Shown one piece after another: positions 11,300 through 25,824 of a stretch of 64,000 bases of DNA. The notes beneath the pieces are model-generated. The model did not search any database, was not told the DNA's origin, and saw nothing but the letters and a program-made list of their open reading frames with translations. Position numbers and translations under genes: made by a program. Within the stretch, counting starts at the first letter, position 1. Each line of letters begins with the position of its first letter. Source of the stretch: Sphyrna mokarran (lineage: Eukaryota); NCBI GenBank assembly GCA_024679065.1, contig JAGIQG010000004.1:78244001-78308000 (forward strand), written 5' to 3'.

Positions 11300-11750
11300 T
11301 TATGATACCGGCTTTTGACAACTGCTGATGGCAGATTGCAATATCGGCTTTTAACAGGAAGAGTCCTGTTGGACAACTGTGATCGCACAAGTAATTTCGA
11401 AAACAGGGATGCCAGTAGTGCAATCATGATTCAAACAGAGGTTTGAATCATGATTGGATTGAAGCCCATGTCATGACTGCAGCTACCAGCTGGACTGTGA
11501 CTTCTGTTTAAATCTGAGGCTGTATCACAACCAAGAAAGGAAGACCTGGAGATCTGGCAGGAATTGGAACTTTGAATCGTAATTGACTCTAAGATTCATG
11601 ATTTATAAATGCCCACTTGTGTTTGTGTTCTATGAGAAGTTTGGTATTCTCTGCTTCTCCAAAAGCTCTTGAATGAACACCAGAACTTTGAAATAAAAGT
11701 CACTGTATTTTGACTCACTAATAGTCTTCAAGGTATTATTGTATCGACAA
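11300..11750 (+). mobile_element. Possible solo LTR
   Basis: Imperfect inverted ends (tatgatac...gtatcgaca), TATA-like ttataaat near 11602 and aataaa near 11692. No TSD found. Confidence 0.3.
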
Positions 11751-12116
11751 CAGGGGCACATTCGACACAGCATTTTTTTTTGGGGTGAATCAACTTGAAC
11801 CTCCACAGGCATTTAATATGATCATTGCTGACTTTTAACTTTAACTCTACTTTCCCACCTACTGCCTTTATTCCTTAAGATTAAAAATCAATCTATCTGA
11901 ACCTTGAACTTCCAATGATGGAACAGCCACAACACTATAGTGAATTTCAAAGATTTACAAACCTCTGAATGACTAAATTTTCTTTCTCTCCCCACTTTGA
12001 TCATAAATCATAGACCCCTTACTTCAAAAGTAATTCATCATATGGAGTGCTTTGAGATTTCAATGTGATAAGACATTATCAATGAGTGTATTTCAGCAAC
12101 TTAGACAAACTGTTAC

Positions 12117-12219
12117 CTATTTACAGCACTGCTTCCATTACTGGCTGTGACTTTGGGTGTTACATTAGCAGCTTTGTTAGTAACTTTAATGGCACTCTGA
12201 GATTTCTCCTTCAATTTAT
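12117..12219 (-). CDS. THOC2: THOC2 window exon 25 (DKLKEKSQSAIKVTNKAANVTPKVTASNGSSAVN)
   Basis: taaacag| and |gtaaca, 103 nt; phase 1 to 2 links both neighbours; absent from the ORF track. Confidence 0.9.
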
Positions 12220-12369
12220 CTGTTTAAAAAAAACACAAATATTTTAGTTCATTACATTCAAGACATTTTTTGCAATTTTTTTCCAAGAACACTGAAGATT
12301 TTTCAGAAAAGATGAAAATCAAGCAACTTTACTACACATCAACATCTAATTAATCATGACCAAGTCAAT

Positions 12370-13607
12370 GGGCTCTATTTTACCATCTTGATTCTAAGCG
12401 CTGGGCGGACTTGAAACTGGGAGTCTTTCAGATCTGACTTTTAGACCTGATCTCAGGCACCCCCATATGCAGTCTTCCTGCAAAAATATCACAGATTCCA
12501 CATTGTGCTGCATAAGCCTGTGGGTGTGGCTTAATGTGCTCGAAACCCAGTCGGTACCTCCAAATGTGCAAGTGCAGGATAAAGATATAAAAATGCTCTG
12601 CTGCCACATCCCTCCCAGGCCAAATAATGCTTCCCTCTGGCTCCCACAGTAATTGCACCACTCTTACAACATTATTGACCTCTTACACTCAACATCCCCG
12701 TCACCCAGACTGTCTCCTCCTTCCCTGCATTGATCTCAGGCAGGGAAGCAGCTGACCCCCTCCCGCCCACTGATCTCCTCCTGTTGATCATTCTCCATGT
12801 CTTCCTCCTCTAATATGTCACCGCTCTGTACAGCCAGATTGTATAGGGCACAGCACACGGCCACTGTGCAGGAAGCGATCACGTGGCTGTATTGGAGGAT
12901 CCTGCCAGATCAGTCAGGCACGCCCAAAGCACGTCTCCATTATGACTGGGTTTGGGGGGGGGAGGTTGTGTGTGTGCGTGCGCGCGCGCATGCGCTGCCG
13001 GTAGCCCATATCACTCACGAGCCACTCCCGCAGCCTGGGCTCCTCCTCTGGGCTGTCCGAGCTCCCTGACAATGAAGATGTGCATATTACCTGGGTGTCT
13101 TGTGCACTCATGCATAATGTTCATTCTATGGTTGCATATCAGTTGATCATTCAGGGAGTGAAACCCCTTTCTGTTGATGAATCTTCGTAAATTCTGTATG
13201 GGGCCTTGAGAGTGATGAGTACACGTGGCCCTCTGTACGATAGGCATCCCTGCAATGCTTGCAAAGCCCGCAGCCCAGGCTTCCCGACAGACTTGGTCCA
13301 GGTTAAATTTGATGTATACAGACCTGCTTAGCGCAGGTGTACACAGGTGATTGGGAGATGCCACATACATCTCCACTAGGGGTCTGGAAGGAGCCAGTTG
13401 CATAGAAGTTCAGAGCAGCCATCAATTTGGTAGCCACCAAGAGTGGGTGCTTTCTCTCTCCCCAACAGATGTTGCAGTATCTTCTTTGGGAGTCGGGAAC
13501 ATCAGTAGCACACTGTGTCCAACATCTATTCAAATGACACCCATATATGGAACTGAGGGTTCTCTGCTCCTTCTTCCTTGCCACATCCACACCCGCCATA
13601 CTGCACC

Positions 13608-13642
<35 letters not shown>

Positions 13643-14588
13643 ACACACACACACACACACAGCCCCTTCCGGGTGAATGGCAGCCATCTCCTGTCTCTGG
13701 TGGTGGGCTCCCTTATTCCTGCAAGCGACAAGGCCGGAGCCTCCTGCCCGCAATTCTTATTCTAACTTCTCCTCCTCAGCTCCAGCAGCAACCAAAAGAA
13801 CAGCAAGGTCGACTGATTGTCTGGCAAAAGTCATCGCGTCACTCTCGAGGTGGGGGGCAAAGAAGGCATGAGAGGTTAAGGAGTACTGCTTTCCCCAGCA
13901 CATCAACCATTACTGTCCATATCCCCCAATTCCCTCAAGCCACATGCTCCCCACAATCACAGCCCTCTCCCAATTCCCCCATCCACACGCTCCCTAAAAT
14001 CACAGCTTGAAAACTGAGAGGCTGCAGCAGTGCAATTTGCAAGGCCTTTGTGCACATTGCTCAGCTAGAAGTGTGCTGAGTGCACTAGGACCCAACAGCC
14101 CTACAAGGCCCAAAGTCAGTGCTGAAATCCGGGTCAGTGATTGAAGTCAGACATCATAGACTCTACTGAGCAACAGCCCCTTACCCACCACACATTCACA
14201 CAGCAGTCACCGACCCGAGAAAGAAATGGCGGCAATGAAAGGACATCCGTGAGCAGCAGAGAGCCGTCAGATGCTACGCACTTACCTCCTCACTAACCCT
14301 CACCGATGGAGAGCCAAATCAGACTTTGAGAAGCATGTCTGTTTCGCACTGATTCAGGAGTGGCAAATGCAGTGATAAAGGGGAAAGTGCTGGTAAAGTT
14401 GTCTATTAATTCAATTTAAATACAATCAAATCATTTTAACATCTGCCACACCCATTTCAGGCACAGTGCTGATTGCACCCTTTTTCACGGCGCAGGGGTA
14501 GGCATACATCATACTACTCGCTTCATCTCCAACTTGTCCAAGCTTCCGTGCCCGAAAACAAGCACAACTTGATGTTAAAGTTGAGCCC
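12370..14588 (-). mobile_element. PIF/Harbinger DNA transposon relic with TIRs and decayed transposase
   Basis: TIRs gggctctattttaccatc (12370-12387) and gatgttaaagttgagccc (14571-14588). Frameshifted HARBI1-like motifs AALNFYATGSFQ...CGISQS and GFASIAGMP...FINRKGFHSLNDQLICNH. Confidence 0.88.
13609..13661. repeat. C33 homopolymer followed by (AC)n
   Basis: Read directly from the sequence. Confidence 0.95.
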
Positions 14589-15546
14589 AGTATCAAGATT
14601 TTGTGAAGAAAAGGTCTTGTGGATCTATATTGGCCTGAAAACAACTAACTGATAGGATTTCCTTGGAATCCTATAAATCTAAGGCCACTTCTGCTCTCTA
14701 ATTAGAGAAATAATCAGGGCTTGGACAAAAAGAAGTGAATACAAAAGATTGCTAAAGATAGTCTGGGCTTCGAATTTTAACCAAATTCCTGAAATAAATA
14801 TCTTATCAAAAATAGCTTCCCCTCCAGCTTGCAATACTTATAACTACCTTCAGAGTTTAAATATCATTGTAAATATCATCTTTCTGATGATTCAATTATC
14901 TATTAAAATACATGCTTTTCATACAAATGAGTAAGCAGCAATTTGCTGCAACATTTTAATGGTAGAGAACAAGTAAATTAACAAGACGGTGAATGCAAGA
15001 TTAATAATAGAATGACAAGTGAGAGAATACAGGCTGCATTTCCACTGTGGGCGTCTGAACCCTGCCGACAGGTTCAAATTAGGTTCAGAAACCTGGTTTG
15101 TGTGGGAAACAATGTTATTATTGCTGGAGCAACCAATTAATGACCAAAGGTAGATTTACTGCCCAATTAAGGAGAGTCAGTAAGCTTTCAAAGCTGGATC
15201 ACCAGTCAGAGGTCTTTCAACTTGAAAGTAACAACATGCCATGGCTTCAAAATAGAGGTACCTTGTCTTTTTTAAATGGCGTCAGTAGCTGTGGAGACAG
15301 GGACCAGAATTCTTCCAGAAGGTGCCTTACAGCTACTGTTGCATCCAAGCAGACAGTATCCTGTTGAGCCTAGCGTCAGAACTCTCAGGCAGCATTTCAC
15401 AAGGGCATCCCGATCTCAGAGTGCACCAAGAAGATCCCCCCCACCTCCACCTCATCGATCACCAGCATCAGGGCACAACAGATGGGTCCCCCATAACCTC
15501 CGTCAAGACTGCCCTCACAAGTCACCCCTGCCGCTGCTGGGCAGTC

Positions 15547-15910
15547 ATGATGTCGAGATGCCGGCGTTGGATCTTGGCTTCATGTCACACTATCTGTAAC
15601 CCCCATGATTTGCCTGGGTGAGCAAAAAACCTCACTTACTGTGCTGTCTGGAGACAATACACATCTCTTTAACCTGTGCTCAGTGTTCCGTCCACTCACA
15701 TTGTTAGCCACTTTTAAGACTTGAATAGCAGGTTAGGTGTAAAGATTAGCATTGTAATCAGTAATCTGTAAACAGTTTGTGCTGTTACACGTGCTGTTTG
15801 AGACCAGAACACCTCATTCACCTGACGAAGAGCCGAGGCTCAAAAGCTTGTGAGTTTACTATCAAATAAATAGGTTGGATTTAAACCTGATGTTGTCAGA
15901 CTTCTTACTG
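15547..15910 (+). mobile_element. Truncated Penelope-like insertion with 13-bp TSD inside a GC-richer MITE-like repeat (about 15030-16295)
   Basis: ctgctgggcagtc at 15534-15546 and 15908-15920; terminal sequence shared with 2681-3530 and 39375. Confidence 0.85.
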
Positions 15911-16489
15911 CTGGGCAGTCCAGTGGCCACTGAATGTCCATGCTTCTGATTATTTCAGGGCTTCAATGGCCTCTGAGCGCTCCCTCCCCTCCACTTGCTA
16001 GTGTGACTACTGCGCCAGATCCCTGCTTGTGGTGACCAGTCACAAATCTCACTATTATTGTGCTGAGTCTGAAGTCTGGTGAATTCTGTGCACTAGGATT
16101 CGAATGGGCTATGCATATTTAAATGCTACTTTAAATATGCTAATCGGTCTCATGCCTTTCCTGGGCATGTCATTAGAAAGAGGCCGGGAGAATTGCAAGT
16201 TGTTTGATGCCAAGTGCAAAACTGATTTTCAGCTCATGTTTTTCTCTGGGATCAGCACATTCTGCTAAAAGTGCAGCAACGTTAAGGAATCATCCCTAAG
16301 GTACTCAAATCGCTGAGATCAATAATGCAAAACAGATGAAGAATTCAACATGGAGTTTCTGGTCTTCCTCACCCCATAAATACATTCTTCATCTGAATTC
16401 CTAATCAACAAATATGAAGGAGCCCTGAGAAAAGGTGACTTGTTATGTTGAGCTTTGACTGGTACAAACAGTCAAGCAATTGTTAATAC

Positions 16490-16671
16490 CTGTCTCCTCA
16501 TTTGTGCCTTCTTCCGCTTTAGCTGCATTGATGGTTGCTGCAGCAGGTGTGACTGAGCCTGGTCCATTCTGAACTGTTGCAGGTGTTGCACTCCTTGCTG
16601 GGGGATCCTTATGGTGGAATTCGTTTTCAGGAACCATGTATGGTTTCCTACTTTTCAACTGGCCAGAATAG
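16490..16671 (-). CDS. THOC2: THOC2 window exon 24 ([24 protein letters not shown]...EEGTNEET)
   Basis: ttgcag| and |gtatta, 182 nt, phase 2 to phase 1. Confidence 0.94.
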
Positions 16672-17305
16672 CTGCAAGTCGCACAGAGTGTTAAACAAGC
16701 AGAGAAAAAAAATTGTGGAAGACAACTATCAAACAGTTACAAGGTAACTAATGACTATTCATTTTGTTTTCTCTAAAAATATACATAATTTGAGACTTGA
16801 CAACTTTATTCCACAACGTGGAGTCTCTCACAGCACTTCAATGAATTATACCTGATACCCAACCATAGTTATTTTTCTTTGAAAATGGAACAGCTTTCAA
16901 CTTTTCCAGAATTCCCAGAGGCTTTGTGATGTAGCTGCGGCATAGCTGTCCGCACTCACAATTACATCAAAATTTTGTAGTCATATGTGCAAAAACTCAT
17001 GTTATTAACAAAGAGACCTAAACGTTCTGTGTTGTTTGTATTCCTGCATCTGAAATTCCAAAATGTGTAATTCGCTGTTTATGTTCTCAACTTGTTTAAA
17101 GTGCATTAAGCTTATCAGATAACTGAATAAAGACCCAGTGAAAATTCAAATCTCTCAAAATGGAATGGCTCAGAACAGGTCACTGTGCACACAAAAAATA
17201 TCACCAGTTAGGCTGCTGGAAAACAAACTGGAGTGACCTTATAATAACTGCCTAATTGTTACATACAGCTAAGAAATAAAACCAAAAAATGTGGGATATT
17301 AGGTG

Positions 17306-18951
17306 GCTCAAGAATTATTCAATGATGAGAAATGGGCTACAGATTCAATCTCTGGTACATGGCAAGTTAACAGATTTCAAAGGTTTTTTCCAAAAATAGG
17401 GCTTGCTTCACTCACCTAGAAGGCGAAGGGAAAACTTACAAAAATGCATCACTACCCTGCACCCCACCAACTGCAGTAATTTTACCTTGGCCCTCCATTT
17501 TAAGCAGTCATTCCATATTGCCTGTTCAGTTGTGTCAGTAATTCAATAACTAAAAACAAGAGATACACTCAACGAAAATTAACACAAAAATCAAAACTAT
17601 ATAGGCTATTTGTCTGAAGATCAATTAATTTTAAAACTATCCAGACATTTAAAGCATACTGAAAATGTTACAACCTTTTGGCAAAGTACAATTATGTACA
17701 CCCATTCACAATGCCATATTTCTCCATTATATGGAATAACAGAGCCACCTAATGATAAACACATCTTACTTTGAATTTTTCTGCCTCAGACTATCTTCCC
17801 CATTTCCTCTCCTGAAGTTGCTAACATACCAGGGTGCGGGATCCAACAATTCCAGCGGACCTCAGTAACTCACTTAACTGATCATTCTTTGTATCTAAGT
17901 TAGGCAATAGCAGCAGACTATACAATCATGAATCCCATCACACTTAGTGCACCAAGCCTGGCTGAATTTTTCTCCTTGCTGTGGTAGTGCCAAGATTTGC
18001 TAATTCAACATTAACCTGCAATAAACATGGGTCCATCTGGTTTGCATGCCTTCATGCCAACCAGTTCTGTTACCCACAGCACCAGAGAGCATTCTAGACA
18101 AGTCACTAACTGGAATTGTGGAAGCTGCTCATTCAGCACTGCATTGATTCGAACATCAACAATCCTTGCTGTCGTGGTGCTTTGCATTCAGGAAGTAGAT
18201 ATATTCTTCTAGACTATAACACTGCTACACTTCAACATTTATTTAGTGCTTGGGAAACGTGCTGGAACATCTAAAGTTGTAAAAGGCACCGTATACGTAT
18301 ACTTTAACGTTATATTTTCAGTTTTCTCTGGGTCACAGTTACTATTTGCAATTGCAATAACAGTTAATCTTAACCTTGAAACTCTTGCTTCACAATGTAA
18401 AATTTCAAAAGCTTAACTCTCATAACAGCCGAAAACAAATGCATTAAAATGTAACAATAGCCTGTCGGTAATCCAGTAAGTCCATTTTTTAAACCACTTA
18501 CAAACTAAAGGGCAAGATGCATCATACATGATGTTACAAATGTTAAAAAGATTAAAAGATAAAGTTGGGAAAAAGCAATAACTTTTGCAGTCCTTTTTAA
18601 TTTGGAGTGCAAATGTTCTCTATGCATATGGATATCTATCTTTACATTAATAATCCAGCTCTCATCTCCCAGCTCAAGAATTATTCAACAATGAGAAATG
18701 GGCTGCAGATTCAATCTCTGGTACATGGCAAGTTAACAGATTTCAAAGGTTTTTTTCCAAAAATGGAGCTTGCTTCACCTAGAAAGCAAAGGGAAAACTT
18801 ACAAAAATGCATCACTACCCTGCACCCCACCAACTGCAATAATTTTACTTGGCCCTCCATTTTAAGGAGTCATTCCATGTAGAAACATTTGATTTCAAAT
18901 CCATATTGCCTGTTCCGTTGTTTCAATAATTCAACAACTATAAACATGAGA
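17306..18951. repeat. Direct repeat pair of about 260-280 bp (17306-17563 and 18672-18951)
   Basis: Both copies begin gctcaagaattattcaa and share long identical blocks such as cagattcaatctctggtacatggcaagttaacagatttcaaaggtttttt. Confidence 0.92.
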
Positions 18952-19546
18952 GTATTTGTTTGCTCAGTGACCTTCAATCTTCATGTAAATTCTTTCAAAA
19001 TATCTTTTCAAAAGAGCTAAAATTACATTTACCTATTTTTTATTGCCTTAAGAAAAAATTCAAACAATTAATGGTGCATGCACATTAAGAGAGCGCACTT
19101 GTTTTCTTCAAAAACTTGGACACTGGAGTCTTCACTTAAATTATAGCTTTAAAACACTGAATAAGGATAAGGCCCTAAAATTGCTGTGACAGTCCACAGT
19201 GACATCTGCTATTGTCTGGACTCACGTGTGCCAGTTTAATGTTGGGGTATTTTGTGATGCAAATTACTGGAAGATGCACTCCAGCCCCTACAGGGCATGG
19301 AAAGCAACTGGATACCATTTCCAGCAAGAAGATTATACTGTTAATTTCAGAATTTTTCAAGGATAGACATGTGATTGTAAATTAGGATGCATGAATATAA
19401 AGTTAAATCATTTTTAGGTAAGAGAAAATAACAAATATATAACTTATCAAATTTTACATTAAAAAATGATAGCTATAAGTAATGAGTCTTCACATTTGGG
19501 ATAGTTCATTTTTAGTGATATGGAGGTTCATTAACAGTTATAAAAT

Positions 19547-20482
19547 GGTGCTGGGACCTCAGCTATTCATAATGTATATTCATGATTTAGACACGGGAAT
19601 TAAATGTAATATTTCCACATTTGCAGGTGAAAGTTGGATGGCAGGGTGAAGAGGATGCAGAGATGCTTCAGTGTCATTTGGACAAATTGAGTAGGTAGTC
19701 AAATGAAAGACAGATGCAGTATAACGTGGATAAATGCGAGTTTATCCACTTTTGCAGCAAAAACCGGAAATTATTATCTGAATGTCTATCGACAGAGAGG
19801 AGGATGTACGACAAGACCTTGGAATCCTTTTAAGCCAGTGACTTAATTTAAGCATGCAAGTGCAGCAGACAGTGAAGGCGGCAAATGGTATGATGGCCTT
19901 CGCTCCAAGACAGTTTGAGTACAGAACCAGAGATGTCTTGCTGTAATTATATATGGTCTTGGTGAGATCACATCAGGAATAGTGTGTGCACTTTTGGTCT
20001 TCTTATCTGAAGAACAATGTTCTTGCTACAGAAGAAATGCAATGGAGGTTTACCAAGGTTAAGTCAGTTAGGAGATATTTGTTAGTGCTCAGAAGAATGT
20101 GGAAGGGGGTGGGGGGGCATCATGTAGATGCAGGAAGGAAAGAACTTCCTAATTCGGGGAGGAAGGGGTGGGATGTGGAGCAGAAGCAGGGATTACAGTC
20201 TGAGGTTCTGGGGTAGACCACGTAGAACTGAGATGAAGAGAAACTTCTTCGCTCAGCAAGTGAGCCCCGTGGAATTCTCCACCACAGAAACAGTTAAGGC
20301 CAAAATATTGTACGTTTTCAAAAAGAAGTTAGATACAGCTCTTGAGTCTCAAGGAGTCAAAGGATATTGGGGGTGACAGGGGGAGTGCGAACAGATTACT
20401 GAGTTAGATGATCATAGTGAATGATGGGACAGGCTCAAAGGATCAAATGGCCCATTCCTGCTTCTATTTTCCATGTTTCTAA
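19547..20482 (+). mobile_element. CR1-type LINE 3' fragment (RT C-terminus and tail)
   Basis: VLGPQLFIMYIHDLD...ISTFA RT motifs; tail aatggcccattcctgcttctattttccatgtttcta. Confidence 0.85.
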
Positions 20483-20757
20483 GACCCAGAAAGAGGCTAC
20501 TTGCATAAAACAACACAGAAAGGGTGCACTTTTGACAGTAACTTGGTGATTCCAGCATTTAATTGCACATTTGTCCTTACCTACAGTTGCTGTGGCATTT
20601 ACATTTAACAATGAATGCCATTAGCTTAGTTATTATCTTTAAAATTTGGGGGCCATTATAATCACTGCTGATAAATCTAGTCATTAAAAACACAAAATAG
20701 ATATATTTCCTTAAACTACTTTACATTAAATCACATTCATTTGACTTCACTTTGTTA

Positions 20758-20967
<210 letters not shown>

Positions 20968-23334
20968 TCAGAAACTTCTGCAAATGGTTTAGATTATATG
21001 CAGTATTTTAATATATTTACATATACAGCAAGGTCAATCTTTGTTGAGCAATCTACATGGCCATATGCAATACACAAACGTCAATTCCTGCCAAAAGGGT
21101 CAGTTTCCTTTAATATATAATTTGAATTACATCAGGTTAATAAACTTAAAGGAGTAAGCACAGGAAGATAGTTTTAACTTTTAGGAATCTTGCAACTGAT
21201 AACCAGTTCCATTACTGGTTTACCGGTGTGGTGCTCAGTGAATGGCTCCCAGTCTAAATTTCCAGTTAACATTAAGTTTGCCTATTTCAGTTCAAGTGGA
21301 AATCGGGGTATTGCAAACATGCGTACCACATCAAGGTTAAGAAAAAAAGTGGGGAGTTACAGCTCTAGATCACAAACCAAACTTCTGGATATGCAACAAT
21401 GGCTGTAATGCATCAGTCCGCTATGAAACATGCAAAGATTATAAACCAAATGCAAAGCTTGTCTTCTGTATATCAATTACATTCTACCTGATATTATAAT
21501 TAAAAAAGATGTGAAAAACACAACCTCAATTTATCCATCTCTAATTAAACACGTATCATGCTTCGTAGGAATAATAAAACAGGCACAAAATGAAGTTATG
21601 GCTTAGCTGAACTGATGAACATCTAAATTTTCATTTAATAATTTTTTGTTCACATTCAACATAATTCCGAACACTAAAATTTCACAGCATAATTCTGTAA
21701 CAAAGCATTGTTTGTCAATCACGCAAAGACAAGATTAATATTTACAGATGCAAAGTAATGGCTCAGACCCTTAGAAGGAAACAACCCACAGCCCCAAATC
21801 TTAAACCTATTTTGCTAGAAACCCTGCCATTAATATATTCAAAGAAAAAAATTATTTGATTTATATGCATTGATAAACATTTAGAACACATTGTTTAATA
21901 GCCTGTACTCAGAGATACAAGTTTAAAAGCTCAAATTAATGTGTGTGCATTCTACCTGTGGTGTTAGACATCTGATACTGTTTTGCAAGTCACAGTAGTG
22001 TTGAAATGCAGAAGCCCAACCAAAGCACATACTTAATTGTTATACGGCAATTAAGCACACTGGAAATGTTGAAAGAGGAAAGCTTTTTAACAAATCAGAT
22101 ACAAATCACTGCAGCAAAGTCCCTTCTTAACAAATGACTAATTCCTAAAACATAGATGAGCAAAGTTCACCGGTTTTCTTCATCTCATATCTGTAAAATA
22201 CCAAATATGCTACCTTCCCAGAATAACATCATTTTCTTGCTAAGTGGGTTGACAATGCTGAACAGAACGAATTTTACCAGGAATTCATTCAGGCTGCTGA
22301 ATAATACCAATGCAAGGACAAGCATCCCAACATCTGAATTAAATTTGACCTTCACAGTCCTCTTATTCCTGCAGACTGTTTAAAATTATTTAAGGTCTAT
22401 TGCATTAAGGAACATTCCTAGATGTCATGGTCAGTGGCGAAGTGCGAGCCTCAACACAAACAGAAAATTGCCTACTAAGATATTGTGAGCTCTGTAGCGT
22501 CAATTCCATTTTTCTAGACATTAATTTTGTTCTACTGCCATCTATAGGGATTCTCTGGCATTCAGCAATGATGATGCCATCAAGCAAGCTAAGCAGTCAA
22601 TCACATTGAAAAATTCAATTAGCAAAGTAAGAAGTTGGCTTGGCCATTTGCTTTTGATAATTTTACAGAAAGTAAAATCAAAATTGGGACAAACATATGA
22701 GGTCATGATGGAAGTTAATAAATATCAAACTATTCCTATGGAAAATCTATTGAAGTTTACCACTCTGGAAGTCTGATGTTCCATAAACATACAATTTCTT
22801 TTTTAGGGCTAAAAGGATTATGATTTAGCACACCACCGAAAACACAGTTACATCACATTCAACACGGCGTAATTTTTCCAAGGATTTTTACAAGAGAATA
22901 ACAACATAAAAAGTGGAAGGAGTCTGTCAATTTAGTGATTTTTAATCAAATTCCATTTGCCAGAATTTCAACAATATACCCCGAAGGGAATTACTAACAG
23001 CAACTTCTGGGTTCCAGTGTTCAACTACATAGGTAGAGATAGCAGAAATTTCTGTCAGTTTCAAAGATTAATGACAACAAGTGCTGAAGTTTTACCATCA
23101 TCACAATTGCAAGATCTGGGTCATTAACTTGAATTCATAATAACTCATTAAAACAAAAATATCAACTCCCCAGAACTGGCTTCAGATTTAAAAATATTAG
23201 GTTAAATGAATGGTCCAACTCGTAGACTTGCAAATTAAATTGACAGAAAGATAAACTATACATTTTATCATATACCAAAGCATACCTTGAAAAAAAACAC
23301 AGATTAGCAGTATAGTGCTCCCTATTTTAGGCTA

Positions 23335-23625
<291 letters not shown>

Positions 23626-23695
23626 TCATTCATTAACTATTAAAATAATACAACACAAATAATAGAAGAACTAAACTGTGTCAAAAACATTATTA

Positions 23696-23833
<138 letters not shown>

Positions 23834-23863
23834 CTAAACACAAAAATTTGTACATTAAAATTA

Positions 23864-24097
<234 letters not shown>

Positions 24098-25059
24098 TTA
24101 AATAGGTGTAATTAACTAAAACAATGACACTAATGCAATCAAGGGTTTCCACCAGCATGAGAGAAATATACATTTTTAACCAATATTTTGATGCTTTATC
24201 CTTTTATGGTGAAATCTCTCTGAACGGTGCCATATGTAGCAGTTGAATTCCCAGTGTAAGCCAAGTTATGCCAGAAGTGGCTTGAAAATCTCGAAACAAG
24301 ACAAGGGGTCGGAAAATCAACTACCATTTCTGCATTGATTCCTACTCAAGAGCAAGTGCATGCAAGAATGGGCTTGAATACGTCAAAGCGGGCATGTGCA
24401 TGCACAACAGCAGATCTGGCACTGAGTTGCCATAGGGAGCCATTCAAGGCTACGAGGAGTAGGAAGTTGAGGGATAAAGGCAACATGGTGAACAGAGTCT
24501 ATCGGTTGTAAAACAATCAGAACTGTAACATTACATTTCACTCTCACTTCCTTTTCTACGAACAGTATGCTTTGTCTGCATAGTGTGCGAGAAACAATAC
24601 TTTTCACTGTATGCTAATATATGTGACAATAATAAATCAAAAAACCAAAACTAAGTCCAAGAGAACAGAGCTGGCAGTTCAATTGGAATGCCTTGGGACT
24701 TGCACACCACTGTGGCCACCTCTGCTTTGCTTACGAGATCAGCAGGCCCAACTCTATCCCATTCCTGCAACCCTCAAATGAAAATGATGCATACAGGGGC
24801 ACTTTTCAATGAAATGAGTCCAGCAAGTGAGAAAATTTCTTGAATCCAGTTACTTGCTGCAGTATTGAAAATCCAGCCTAAACTCCCCAGATGAGAGGCA
24901 TGATGAGAAAGGAATTGTGCAAAGAAATACATTCTTACAGGAACGATTAAGAACTGGTTTGTAGCTGAAAAACCTGTGTAATGGTAAAACTAAAATCCGA
25001 ACAAAAATGGAAACACTAATTACATTTTTATTATATTAATCAAATGTCAACTACAGTGT

Positions 25060-25600
25060 GTTTCATAAATTGCCTTTAATATAATAAAGCATCCCAAGTG
25101 CTTCACAGCAGCATTATGAAACAAAACTTTTCAATGAACCGTATAAGGAGAAACTGGGGCAGATGGCCAAATTCTTGATCAAAGAAATAAGTTTTAGGGA
25201 GTGCCTGAACAAGAAAGGAACCAGTTGAAAGTAACCCCATCTAGCTAGATGACAATGGAGAGTTGGAGGAGGATGGTGTGATCAACCATGTGTGTGAGAT
25301 CAAGGGTATCCAAGTCCGCAAACTGATTGAGGATGAGAAGGGGATTGTTTACCTTTGTCACAGTCGTTTAGATGTTATCAGTTTTAGATACATTTCCTCC
25401 TTCAACCTCTCCATGCATATACCTTCTTTTGCTCCTTCAGGCATTCCTTAAAAAACTTACTACTTTGAGAACTGCAAAAATTTGGCCATCTGCCTCAGTA
25501 TCTCCTCATACAGTCCATTGAAAAGTTTTGTTTCGTAACGTTGCTGTGAAGCACTTGGGTGCTTTATTACAGTTATTGCAATATATAAAGAAACCTATAG
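25060..25600. mobile_element. L2-like LINE 3' fragments in opposite orientations
   Basis: Tail-like sequences (ccaagtgcttcacagc at about 25095; ctgtgaagcacttgggtgc at about 25545) are reverse complements of each other. Confidence 0.5.
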
Positions 25601-25824
25601 TTGACACTGTATTAACAGAACAAAAATGTAGAGTGCATGCTCAGAATTTTTTTTAATGAAATCCTTATGGCACAGCATTGTTACCTCTATAGTCTTGACT
25701 CTACAAATACACTCTTGACTGACTTCCCATGTTCTACCCACAGCAATAGTGCAATCATTCAAAACTCTGCCAGCATGTCTGGATTTGCACCAAATCTCAT
25801 ATTTGTTGATTTAAAGTTCAAGTC

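Noticed and set aside
13351-14010. 219-aa plus-strand ORF with a poly-proline run (and poly-Gly ORFs on the minus strand)
   Set aside because: It arises from the C33/(AC)n tract and the antisense of a decayed Harbinger transposase; there is no gene structure.
17306-18951. Direct repeats as LTRs or duplicated snoRNAs
   Set aside because: No TG..CA termini, PBS, PPT or TSD, and no convincing C/D or H/ACA boxes on the sense strand.
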